Assembly: GCA_046726415.1 (NCBI GenBank)
Contig: JBKPAK010000227.1
Coordinates: 1 to 49,823, forward strand
Direction: 5' to 3'
DNA length: 49,823 nucleotides
From: Candidatus Methylomirabilota bacterium
Lineage (GTDB): Bacteria; Methylomirabilota; Methylomirabilia; Rokubacteriales; CSP1-6
Below, piece by piece: positions 17,961 to 27,315 of this stretch (the stretch's first letter is position 1; each line of letters begins with the position of its first letter). A program made the position numbers and the translations under genes. The notes beneath the pieces are model-generated. The model was not told the DNA's origin, searched no databases, and saw nothing but the letters and a program-made list of their open reading frames with translations.

Positions 17961-18354
17961 AAGCCGAGGTCGTTGAAGAGGGGCGCCGCGTTCCGCCCGC
18001 CCTTTCAGGTGGACACTCTAAGCGGCACTTTGGGACGCCGGCACGAGCGACCGCACAACGGCCAGGCTCACGAGTCGCACGCGTCGTATCAGGCATTCTC
18101 CTTTGCTCCGCGGCCAGCTGAGATAGCCCGGCAGCTCCGATATTCCGCCAGACGTCTTCCTGGGACGCTTGCACATCACAGCGCACCCGCGGAGCAATGC
18201 GGAAGTCAACTGTTAGCTGTCAGCTCCGCGAGGGACCCGGGAACCTGCCGGATCAGCGAGTGCGGACGACGACGTCAGAGACGAATGCGAGGGACGAATG
18301 CTGTTGGCTCGCCCCGAGGTGGCGTGTCGTGGCGTCCTCGGGCTGGAATCCTTA

Positions 18355-18621
18355 TCAGTTGCCCACCGCCAGGGACAGGTACTCGACGAAAACACGGCAA
18401 ACGAGCGCCACGCGGCTGGTGACGCTCAGCTTGCGGTACAAGCGCTCGATATGGGTGTGAATCGTATGCGGAGAAATGCCGAGGTCGCTCGCCATCGCCG
18501 ATTCTTTGTGGTCGTCGAACATCGCCTGCACGATCTGAGACTCACGGTGGGACAACCGAAGGGATCGTGTCAGGAGGAACCACGCCTCATTCGGGAACAT
18601 CAACCGTCCGAAGGGTCGCAT
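18355..18621 (-). CDS. Stand-alone LuxR-type HTH regulator
   Basis: LSHRESQIV..MASDLGISPHTIHTHIERLYRKLSVTSRVAL. Confidence 0.8.
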   Translation of the reverse strand: MRPFGRLMFPNEAWFLLTRSLRLSHRESQIVQAMFDDHKESAMASDLGISPHTIHTHIERLYRKLSVTSRVALVCRVFVEYLSLAVGN

Positions 18622-19458
18622 GGGTTGTGCGCCGGGCACTCTTATCGTGGCACGCTGGGGAGTCTTCGTACCTCGACTGCGAGGGCGGCCCTGGCCCGAC
18701 CTGCCACCCCATGGGCTAGACTCGCCAGTCAGAATCTGTGAAGCACGTTGTGCGTACTTTGTAATGCGCCGCGAAGCCACGCCGCGTACTGCCGCGCGCG
18801 CTCCTGGTCGGGCGCCGTGGGCCTGAGCCAGAGCGCGACAACTCGGATCTGGCGAGTCTTTCCGTTTCGACCCCATTGGGAGAGACCTTCAAGTCTTCGT
18901 AGGACGGCTCTCTTTCGACAGGGCCCTGGCACCGTCAGGTTGGTCGCCGGATCAGCCGTCGCTCGTGGTCGTGATGGTCCAACCACTCTTCCATACAGAT
19001 CAATTTGATTTGACCGTATCTTCAGTTCCTCTTGTCGGGAGAGTCGCGACTCTCATCTCGTGGAGGACCTACCAACCTCCTCCGCGGCAAACCCATCTCG
19101 CATCTTTCCTGCCACGGCGAGACAGACGTGAAAATCGAGGGTTGACCTGTCGCGACGAACCAGAGAAGTGAAAGAATGTCCGAGAACCCGCCGTTAAAGG
19201 GCACAAAACCCGACGAGGCGGTCATCATCCCTGGACTGGAATGCGCCGTCCTTCGCCATAACCGCGGCCGGCTCTCTTGGCGAACGTCCGTGCTCTTGTG
19301 ACAGGCCGACGACGCGGGAGACTGGTAGGACGTTGGTCCGAAGCAGGCGTGGGCGTCCTCAGGCCATCGGCCGAGCCGAGACAGGATGTGATTCTCAGTG
19401 TGGGACGAGGACAGTTAGTAGGAAGGAGTAAACCCGTGAGTCGGTCGGACGATGCGCG

Positions 19459-19640
19459 TTATGCCGCCCGCGGTGTGTAGCGATGGTGCAGGCCACCGAC
19501 TTCGGGAAGCTGAACGACCGTGCCCACCTCTGACCGCTCGATTGGCCTGACGTCCGGGGCGTCCTTCGCGAGGGAGAGGTGGGTTCGTTGCGAGGTGATA
19601 GTACGCGAAGTGTGCGTCCAGAGAAGGCAGACGTGCTCAG
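19459..19640 (-). mobile_element. Integrase-core (rve) transposase C-terminal remnant
   Basis: RTHLSLAKDAP..GTVVQLPEVGGLHHRY..AA* is a typical C-terminus; the upstream part is degenerate. Confidence 0.8.
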
Positions 19641-20475
19641 TGCGAGGCAGTCGCACCGGGGCAACAGCCAGACGCCCCGTAGCTTGGATGGCAGGGCGGC
19701 GGGAGACCAATGCTCTGAAGCCCATCGACGAACCCATCGGAAGGATGGGAGCGAGTGGCCGGGCGGTAAAAGCTCGGATAGCAACGGGCCGTGGGCGCTC
19801 GAGCGGCAGGGGGGCGCAGGAGGAGCGGCAGAGGTGCTCCAGCTGGTCCCAGGCGGCCGGCCTGAGAGCGATCAGCCCGTATCGCTCGGCCGATCCCAGT
19901 GGCGGTCGATCAGTGGGGACGCGAGACCCGCCAGAACCTCCAGGCCACCGGCGGCCACGCCGAGGTGCGCCTGGCGCGCGATCGCATCCCGGCTGCCGTA
20001 CTGGAGCTTTGCCCTGATTGGGCTGAGCCGGGTGGCGTAGCAGTGGTACTCCGGCCCGGCTCAGGCTAGCATGCCCCCTGCGTGCTCGAGTAGCCGTGAC
20101 GAGAACGAGCTCCTGCCCGTCGCGTGGAGGTGTTTCGGCAGGGAAGTGCCCGACGAGGTGGCTCGTGGCATCGAGCGCGGCCGGCTAACCGGTCCACTGC
20201 GAGGTTTGGGGGGCATTTTATGGGCCGATCCGACGTGTTCTACTCGACAGGCGCCTTTGTCATCGATGAAATCAGAATCGCTACGACATGGGACGACGTG
20301 GTGCCGAGTGGTGATAACACGCCTGAGAAAGAGTTCCGGGGTGCCTCTAAACGGCCAGGGCCTTCAGAAGGTAGCGATTGTGGCGCGGGAGCTAATCGCC
20401 CTCGCACTGGAGCTAGTCAGTGCCGGCGCTCCGGCGCGAGGGTTCGCCGCTTAGGTGGCAACAGGCCGTGACACA

Positions 20476-21333
20476 CTACCGCCTCACTGACGCACGAAGT
20501 CGCCGCTGCGGCGACGCGCCATCGCGAGGATGGAGCGCCGCGCCCCCTGGCAGTCGACAGGTTGTCTCCGCCATGCGCGCCATCCCCGGGTCGACGCCAC
20601 GGACCTGCAGCCCCCAGCCGCAGAAGTCGGTCGAGCCGCCAACCTGCACATTGTCGGCAGCGCGGTACCAGAGCTGCAGGGTGCTCCGCGGGCGATCGGT
20701 GAGATTGGCTTCGGAGCTGTGGAGGAGGTTGCCGTGGTGCACCTCGATGCCGCCGGCCGCCACCGGCGTCCGACGCCAGCGCGAGCGGTCGGCCACCACC
20801 CTCTTGTCGGCGACCTGGGTTCGCGGGGCGCCCTCGAAGGTGAAGCGATGTGGCAGGGGGCCGAGCCGATGGCTGCCGGGGATGACCGTCAGGCAGCCGT
20901 TATCGGGGCTCGAATCGTCGAGATAGACGGTGACGATTAGCAGATCGAAGTTCGTGTGGGGGAACGCCGGGTAATCCTGGTGCCAGTCGAACCACGCGTG
21001 GGGCGTGCGCGGCTTGAGGATGAGCCGCGATTGCTGCAGCTGGATGTTGGGGCCGATCAGGCGCTCGACCACGTCGAGGATCCGGGGGTGGAAGACCAGA
21101 TCGTAGAAGGTCGGGTGATGGGCGATGGGATCGCAGATCCGCTTGACGTGGTAGCGCCCGTCGAGACCCTTCACCACCAGGAACGTTCGATTGCTGCGGG
21201 TGACGCCCCGAGCGGCCCGGAGCACGTCAGCCAGCGCCGAGCGAAGTCTTGCCAGTTCCCGCGGGGTCAGAAGCGCCGGGAAGACGAGATAGCCATGAGC
21301 GGCATAGAAGCGCTTCTGCTCGGCGGCGGTCAC
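20476..21333 (-). CDS. Phytanoyl-CoA dioxygenase (PhyH)-family 2OG-Fe(II) oxygenase
   Basis: FYAAHGYLV, WHQD, YLDD..NGCL..IPGSH and LLHSS.AN..RPR. Confidence 0.92.
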   Translation of the reverse strand: MTAAEQKRFYAAHGYLVFPALLTPRELARLRSALADVLRAARGVTRSNRTFLVVKGLDGRYHVKRICDPIAHHPTFYDLVFHPRILDVVERLIGPNIQLQQSRLILKPRTPHAWFDWHQDYPAFPHTNFDLLIVTVYLDDSSPDNGCLTVIPGSHRLGPLPHRFTFEGAPRTQVADKRVVADRSRWRRTPVAAGGIEVHHGNLLHSSEANLTDRPRSTLQLWYRAADNVQVGGSTDFCGWGLQVRGVDPGMARMAETTCRLPGGAALHPRDGASPQRRLRASVRR

Positions 21334-21339
21334 AGGGTT

Positions 21340-21575
21340 TACGTTGCGCGAGCCAGGCCTGCCGTCAGCTCCATGGCCTCGGTGCCGGTGCCGAGCCAGA
21401 TGGGCAGGCGCGGATTCATGTGCAGGATCGTCATGACGGTTCCTTGCGGCTCGAAGACCTTGCGCAGGATCGCGCCGTAGTCACGGATTATGCCAGTACG
21501 GCTTTGCCCGCGGCTGGCCGTACCAGCCCGCCACGATCTGGGGGCCGGGGACGGCGAGCCCGGCGATGATGCGTT
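21340..21575 (-). pseudogene. LLM-class flavin/F420-dependent oxidoreductase remnant
   Basis: RIIAGLAVPGPQIVAGWYGQP / DYGAILRKVF..ILHMNPRLPIWLGTG, frameshifted with internal deletions. Confidence 0.6.
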
Positions 21576-21716
21576 TCGGATGGCGCAGTCGCCCCGCGAC
21601 GTATTGAACATGCCTGCGACTGAGATCCGAGAGGGCGCGCCGTCCTGGCGCAGTCCTACGCCCTGTGAAGTGGCGTTCAGCCTGCTTCGCCCGCTGCTCG
21701 AGGAGCGAAATGCGAA

Positions 21717-21842
21717 TCAGCGTCTACGGCTCACCTCGCCGCCTTCGCATGGATCGCTCTTGCGGGCCGGCCTGCCCTTGACCTGCTTCCTGGGCTTCGG
21801 GCTACCCATCTTGGCCTTCGTCGTCGTCTTCTTCTTCGCCAT
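21717..21842 (-). CDS. 41-aa Lys/Arg-rich peptide MAKKKTTTKAKMGSPKPRKQVKGRPARKSDPCEGGEVSRRR
   Basis: Strong SD AGGAGGAG 6 nt upstream of ATG, TAGAAT -10-like box about 35 nt upstream, and GC3-rich codons. Confidence 0.75.
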   Translation of the reverse strand: MAKKKTTTKAKMGSPKPRKQVKGRPARKSDPCEGGEVSRRR

Positions 21843-22118
21843 GATCGTCTCCTCCTGCCTTGATCCGCTCAATGTCATTCTATGTGTTCCGGCCGTTCCG
21901 CCGCGCTCCGCCGGGCCTTCAGTTGACCTCGCGGGCCTTGTCGGGGCAAGCGCCGGGGCAGAGTCCACGCGCAGCGAACATCCGGCCCTATCCGGCCATT
22001 TCGCCGCCGGCCGTCCCGACGGCTCGGCGGCGACGTGTCGCGAACCGAGCGCGAGTACAGCATAGCGCCTCGATCGACGCAAATGGCCTGGTCGTCGTAG
22101 AGTTTCCCGGGGTACTTC

Positions 22119-23318
22119 ATGCCCGATCGTGGACGGCTCGTCCTCAACCCAACCCTCCAGCTCACGGCTGTGGTCGACATCTCGAGGCGCGGGCAGGGGC
22201 GTCGCCGCGTCGAAGTCACCGATGCTCGCGCCCTTCGCTTTCTCTTCGCCGCGGTGACAGGCGGCCGGCATCCACGTCTCGATGGGGCACTGGCTCGGCA
22301 GCTCCTCCACGACGGCATCCTGGTCCGGCCCGGGGAGGTGCCGCGCGACGTGCATCTCGACCCGCGCCTCGGCCTCGCCGCGCCCACGAGTAGGGACGTC
22401 ACCCACCGAGCACGTGGCGCGCCGCGACGCCAGGGCACGAGTGCCCGAGCGCCCGCCGCGGCCGGTGGGTCAGGCTCGCTGCGTCTGCGTGCTGGCAGTC
22501 GCTTGCGCCGCGGCCCGGGCCTGCCTCCCGACCTCGCCCGGCGGGTGGCGATCGCCGAGCCATTCCTTCCCGCCGAGGACATCCTGTGGGTGCGCCACGT
22601 CGGAAGCGGAATCGAGCTGCCCTACACCCTCACGGCGGACGTGGCTCGGGTGGCTCGTGAGCTGCAGCGAGGCGGCCGCGACGTCCGGTCGATTCCGCTT
22701 CCGGGCGCGTTGCGAGCCGTAGGTGCGGCAGGCGAATTCGGCGACGTTGCCCGTGAGCGGGCCGCCTGGCGGCGTCAGGTGCTGGACTGGCGACGCGAGC
22801 TGCACACCTCGGGATATGCGGTCCTGCGCGGCCTCTTCACCCCAGTCTTTGTCGCCGCGGTGCGCGAGTACTATCGGCGCCTCGAGCGGGAGGGCTATCT
22901 GATGGGTGGTGACGAGCGCCGTCGCGGACGTCCGCTGATTCACGACGAGCCGCTGCTCGCCTTCTTGGGCAGGCAGCTCGCCGCCGTCGTCAGTCAGGTC
23001 ACCCGCCAGCGGGCGCCCTCGACCTTCTCGTTTCTCCGCGTCTATGACCCCGGCGCCGTGCTCGAGCGTCATCGCGACCGGCCGGTCTGCCGCTGGAATA
23101 TCGACCTCGTCGCCGGCGGCGAGCCTCCGCCGGAGCGTCGAACCGCATGGCCCCTGTGGATCGACGGGCGCCGCGGACGCCGCGCCGTGCGTCTGGGTCT
23201 GGGGGACGGGCTCCTCTACCGCGGCACCGAGCTGAGCCACTGGCGGCCCGCGCAGCGGGCCGGCCACTCGACCGTACTGGCCTGTTTCCACTACGGTCGC
23301 GCGCCCTCGCGCCCCTGA
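22119..23318 (+). CDS. 2OG-Fe(II) oxygenase domain protein with long N-terminal extension
   Basis: YDPGAVLERHRDRPVC (HxD), WPLW, GDGLLYRG.ELSHWR and FHY. Confidence 0.8.
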   Translation: MPDRGRLVLNPTLQLTAVVDISRRGQGRRRVEVTDARALRFLFAAVTGGRHPRLDGALARQLLHDGILVRPGEVPRDVHLDPRLGLAAPTSRDVTHRARGAPRRQGTSARAPAAAGGSGSLRLRAGSRLRRGPGLPPDLARRVAIAEPFLPAEDILWVRHVGSGIELPYTLTADVARVARELQRGGRDVRSIPLPGALRAVGAAGEFGDVARERAAWRRQVLDWRRELHTSGYAVLRGLFTPVFVAAVREYYRRLEREGYLMGGDERRRGRPLIHDEPLLAFLGRQLAAVVSQVTRQRAPSTFSFLRVYDPGAVLERHRDRPVCRWNIDLVAGGEPPPERRTAWPLWIDGRRGRRAVRLGLGDGLLYRGTELSHWRPAQRAGHSTVLACFHYGRAPSRP

Positions 23319-23641
23319 GTGATCCACGTCGCTCGTTCACCGCCCGCCCTCCTCTTGCTCAGGGGCCGGACGGGAGGAAGCCGAGGAAGACGGCTTCGTC
23401 CACGGTGTGCGTGATGAAAGCCCAAACTCGCCGGCCGTGTCAGAGGGTCCGCCCGCACCCCGCGCTCGCGTGTTGAGCGGCGTGTGCTTACGGTGCGAAC
23501 CCAGCGCCTCAAGATCGAAAAGATGCTGCAGGCTCTTGACCACGACGGCGCCCGCCATCTCGACGAGATCCTGTGCTCGGCCATCGTTCGTGCTGTCTCG
23601 AAGGACGACTCTGATTTTTCCGAGCGCGGCCGATATCAGAG

Positions 23642-23900
23642 ATGAGGCTCACCGTGGACTTCATCAACACCGCTCCGGGGGCCCCGCTCCCGAACTTCCG
23701 GACCCTCGTCTTCAACCCGGGGCAGGGCCAGGAACTCCAGAAGATCACGTTTATCTCCACGGCCAAAGGCCCGCTGCGGGCAGCCTTTGACGTCCCCACG
23801 GGCACGCCCTGCATGGCGCACACCACTCAGCGAGGGCTCTTTGACGTTCCGGGCCAGGGCAACGGCGTCGACGACAACTTCCCGGCCGAGCACATCGAGG
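23642..23900 (+). pseudogene. Probable C-terminal fragment of a hypothetical protein
   Basis: Protein-like FINTAPGAPLP..GPLRAAFDVP..FPAEHI with coding-type codon bias, but no clear 5' part. Confidence 0.4.
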
Positions 23901-24250
23901 GTGAAGGTTATCGGGCAGTAGCCCCCGTCACCGTCCCCGGGAGAGCCGCGATTTGCAGCCTGCCGCTGAGGCCCGCGCCCTGACGGAGCTCCTTTGCCAC
24001 CTTGCCGTCGTCGAAGGCGTCCCTTCGTTCCGCGGATCCGGTTCCTCGGGACCTCCGATCAGAAGACGCGGGGCCGGACCGACAGAGAATTCGCTTGACG
24101 ACCGACCCTTCCTCGCATGTACCTTCGATGGGTTGGATGGTCGATCGCGGTCAGGAGAGGCGCCCACGGGCAGAGCTCGTGAGACGTCAAGTTCATGGGC
24201 GCCGCTGGCTCGAGTCACATCAGGCTAGAAGCCTGTTAGGCAGGAGGTCG

Positions 24251-25375
24251 ATGTCGTCTGGCATTCGCGCCTGGCTCGTCACCTCCGGAGATTGGCAGGG
24301 CACGGCGCCTTTCCTAGAGCCAGGACAGCCGCGTGGGCGTTTGGACTCAGGGGCGGCTCTTGCCGTCTCCGCGGTAGTTCCGGCATACGGAAACGTCGCA
24401 CACCTCCGCCGCTGCCTGGCGGCGGTGCGGTCCCAGTCGGTGGCCGCCGCCGAGATCATCGTGGTCGATGACGCGTCCCGCGAGGACCTCAGCGGTAGCG
24501 TCGGCGATGAGGTCCGCTTCCTGCGACTCCCTCGGAACGCGGGACCGGCTGCTGCGCGCAACCAAGGCGCGCGACTCGCTCGAGGTGACGTTCTCCTCTT
24601 CGTCGACTCCGACGTCGTCGTTCCTCCCACTACGGTGAAACGGATCGAGGCAGCCTTCCGTGATGACCCCAACCTGGCGGCCATTTTCGGATCGTACGAC
24701 GCGCAGCCGTCGGAGCGAACCACGGTATCTCAGTACCGTAATCTGCTCCACCACTACGTGCACCAGACGGCCAACCACGAGGCTTCAACGTTCTGGGCGG
24801 GCTGCGGGGCCATTCGCCGTGATGTGTTCCAGCAGCTGGGAGGCTTCGACGAGCGTCGCTACCGCCGCTCCTCCATCGAGGACATCGAGCTGGGCTACCG
24901 ACTGCGAACGGGAGGACACCGAGTTCGCCTCGACCCTTCCCTCCAGGTGACACACCTCAAACGATGGACGCTCGCCTCTATGCTGGCTACCGACGTAGGT
25001 CGGCGGGCTTTCCCGTGGTCACAGCTCATCCTGGAGCGCGGACAGGCCCCGGATGATCTCAACCTCCGGGTCGATCAGCGGATCAGCGTCGCCCTGACCG
25101 CGTTGGCGGCGGCGGGGATGGCCGCGGCGCTCTACCGTCCCCTGCTGGGGGCAGTGTCGGCCGCGGCGCTGCTGGGGGTGGTGGCGCTCAACCGTCAGTT
25201 GTTCCGCTTCCTCTGGCGAGAGCGGGGCGGCGCCTTCGCAGCGGCATGCATCCCGCTGCACTTCCTGCACTGCACGGGCAGCGCGGTGGGCTTCGCCGTA
25301 GCGTGGTTGACCACACATGGTCGCGCCGCGCGCGGCCGGTCCAGACCGCTCGGCCGACGGATAGACGTCGGCTGA
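24251..25375 (+). CDS. Glycosyltransferase family 2 with C-terminal TM helices
   Basis: VVPAY, VVDDAS, GPAAARN, FVDSD and IEDIELG, with AGGAGG RBS before ATG 24251. Confidence 0.92.
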   Translation: MSSGIRAWLVTSGDWQGTAPFLEPGQPRGRLDSGAALAVSAVVPAYGNVAHLRRCLAAVRSQSVAAAEIIVVDDASREDLSGSVGDEVRFLRLPRNAGPAAARNQGARLARGDVLLFVDSDVVVPPTTVKRIEAAFRDDPNLAAIFGSYDAQPSERTTVSQYRNLLHHYVHQTANHEASTFWAGCGAIRRDVFQQLGGFDERRYRRSSIEDIELGYRLRTGGHRVRLDPSLQVTHLKRWTLASMLATDVGRRAFPWSQLILERGQAPDDLNLRVDQRISVALTALAAAGMAAALYRPLLGAVSAAALLGVVALNRQLFRFLWRERGGAFAAACIPLHFLHCTGSAVGFAVAWLTTHGRAARGRSRPLGRRIDVG

Positions 25376-25394
25376 GCAGGGCCGGGGAGCGCTC

Positions 25395-27029
25395 TTGGCC
25401 TTCAGCACGCCACTGACTCTCAGCGAGCATGTTGTCGTCATCGGCGCGGGTCCCGCCGGGCTTACCGCGGCCTACGAGCTCACCAAATATCAGCGGCTGG
25501 TCACGGTGGTGGAGAAGCACGACGGTGTCGGAGGTCTCGCCCGCACCGTCAACTACAAGGGCTACCACTTCGATCTCGGCGGCCACCGATTTTTCACGAA
25601 GGCGCCGGAGATCCAGAAGCTGTGGATGGAGCTGCTGGGGGTCGACTTCCTCGCTCGGCCCCGTCTATCCCGCATCTACTATGACGGCAAGTTCTTCCAT
25701 TACCCTCTGCGGGCTTTGAGCACCTTCGCGGGACTAGGGCTCCTCGAGAGCATGCGCATCGCGGCCAGCTACCTCTGGCGGCAGCTGTTCCCCTACCGGC
25801 AAGTAGACACATTCGAGCAATGGGTGACCAATCGCTTCGGTCGCCGCCTGTTCAAGATCTTCTTCGAGCGGTACACCGAGAAGGTGTGGGGTATCCCTTG
25901 TTCCCAACTGAAGGCGGAGTGGGCCGCCCAACGCATCCAAGGCCTCTCGGCACGGACGGCTCTGCTCGGGATGCTCCGAAGTTCCGGCACCGCGATACGG
26001 ACCCTCATTGACGAGTTCTACTACCCGCGGCAGGGGCCGGGGATGATGTGGGACGCCGCACGGGATGAGGTCGTTCGCCGTGGCGGCGTCGTGCGAGTGG
26101 CCAGCGAGGTGGTGGCTGTGCGGCGGGCGGGCCATCGGATAGAGGGGGTTGTCGTCCGCGGGGATGGCGACGAGGAGACTATCACTGGCACTCACTTCAT
26201 CTCGAGCATGCCGCTGCGGGAGCTCATCGAGCGTCTTGAGCCGCCGGCGCCGGAGGCCGTGCGGGCGGCCGCGGCCCGGCTCACCTATCGTGCCTTCGTC
26301 ACCGTTTGTCTCGTGGTCCACCGCGCCGAACTGTTCCCCGACAATTGGATTTACGTCCACGATCCGGGGGTGAGGGTGGGCCGCATACAGAACTTCAAGA
26401 ATTGGAGCCAAGACATGGTGCCGGATCCCCGCACCACGAGTCTCGGGCTCGAGTACTTCTGCAACGACGGCGACGACCTGTGGCGCCTATCCGACGCCGA
26501 ACTCGTGGCCTTGGCCACCCGGGAGGTGGAAGCCATAGGGCTCGCCCGCGCCAGCGAGGTGCGGGACGGCTGCGTGCAGCGGGTGCCCAAAGCCTATCCC
26601 GTGTACGACTCGACGTACCGGGAATATCTCGATATCGTTCGCTGCTACGTCGAGAGCCTCGAGAATCTCCAGACCATCGGCCGCAGCGGGTTGCATCGCT
26701 ACAACAACCAAGACCACGCGATGCTGACGGGCATGGCCGCTGTCCGCAACCTCGTCCACCGCCGCCGCGAGGACATCTGGAGCATCAACACCGACGGGAT
26801 GTACCACGAGGAGGCCGTTGAGGGCCTGTGCCCGCCGGAGAGCGGGTCTGGCCCCACGTCCGGGCGCGCGGACGGCCCGGCGCCTGGCCTGTTGTTGGGC
26901 GTCGGCGTGGCCGTTTTCCTCTGCTCCGCAATGCTTATGGCCGCCGGTCAGGACAAGGCTGTCCCGGGTGCTCCGGCTAGGCCGTCACCCGCGGCGGCGG
27001 TGTGGTCACCCTCAGCCCCGGGTTCCTGA
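25395..27029 (+). CDS. FAD/NAD(P)-dependent oxidoreductase (protoporphyrinogen oxidase / UDP-galactopyranose mutase-like, glycan-locus type)
   Basis: VVIGAGPAGL, GGLART, FDLGGHRFFTK and GR.GLHRYNNQDH. Confidence 0.9.
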   Translation: MAFSTPLTLSEHVVVIGAGPAGLTAAYELTKYQRLVTVVEKHDGVGGLARTVNYKGYHFDLGGHRFFTKAPEIQKLWMELLGVDFLARPRLSRIYYDGKFFHYPLRALSTFAGLGLLESMRIAASYLWRQLFPYRQVDTFEQWVTNRFGRRLFKIFFERYTEKVWGIPCSQLKAEWAAQRIQGLSARTALLGMLRSSGTAIRTLIDEFYYPRQGPGMMWDAARDEVVRRGGVVRVASEVVAVRRAGHRIEGVVVRGDGDEETITGTHFISSMPLRELIERLEPPAPEAVRAAAARLTYRAFVTVCLVVHRAELFPDNWIYVHDPGVRVGRIQNFKNWSQDMVPDPRTTSLGLEYFCNDGDDLWRLSDAELVALATREVEAIGLARASEVRDGCVQRVPKAYPVYDSTYREYLDIVRCYVESLENLQTIGRSGLHRYNNQDHAMLTGMAAVRNLVHRRREDIWSINTDGMYHEEAVEGLCPPESGSGPTSGRADGPAPGLLLGVGVAVFLCSAMLMAAGQDKAVPGAPARPSPAAAVWSPSAPGS

Positions 27030-27315
27030 CCGGGTTTCGCGGGGGGCTCGGTATTTCGGTCCTGCCGCGCCAGCGCCGTCCTCGACACGCTCGTGCGGCG
27101 GCGCGACGAGGACCGGTGGCTCCACCTCGAGCGGGGCGACGAGGAGCGCTGGCACCACCTCTCAACGTAGATGCCAAGGGGTGCGTGGCCGGCGTCGCTT
27201 GCGTATCAAACGCGGAAGAGGTCGGCGCCTGAGCAGCGTGCGGGATGGGTGCGGTCTGAACCGGTGCCTCAGTCTGGCGCCGCCCGTTTGAATGGAGCAG
27301 GGCGCCGCCGAATAG

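Noticed and set aside
18875-19060. GGAGAGACC / GGAGAG..CTCTC motifs suggesting a glycine riboswitch
   Set aside because: The conserved CCGAAG and CTCTCAGG elements are absent and there is no suitable downstream gene.
19650-20100. Several overlapping ORFs
   Set aside because: No family recognised; likely degraded sequence.
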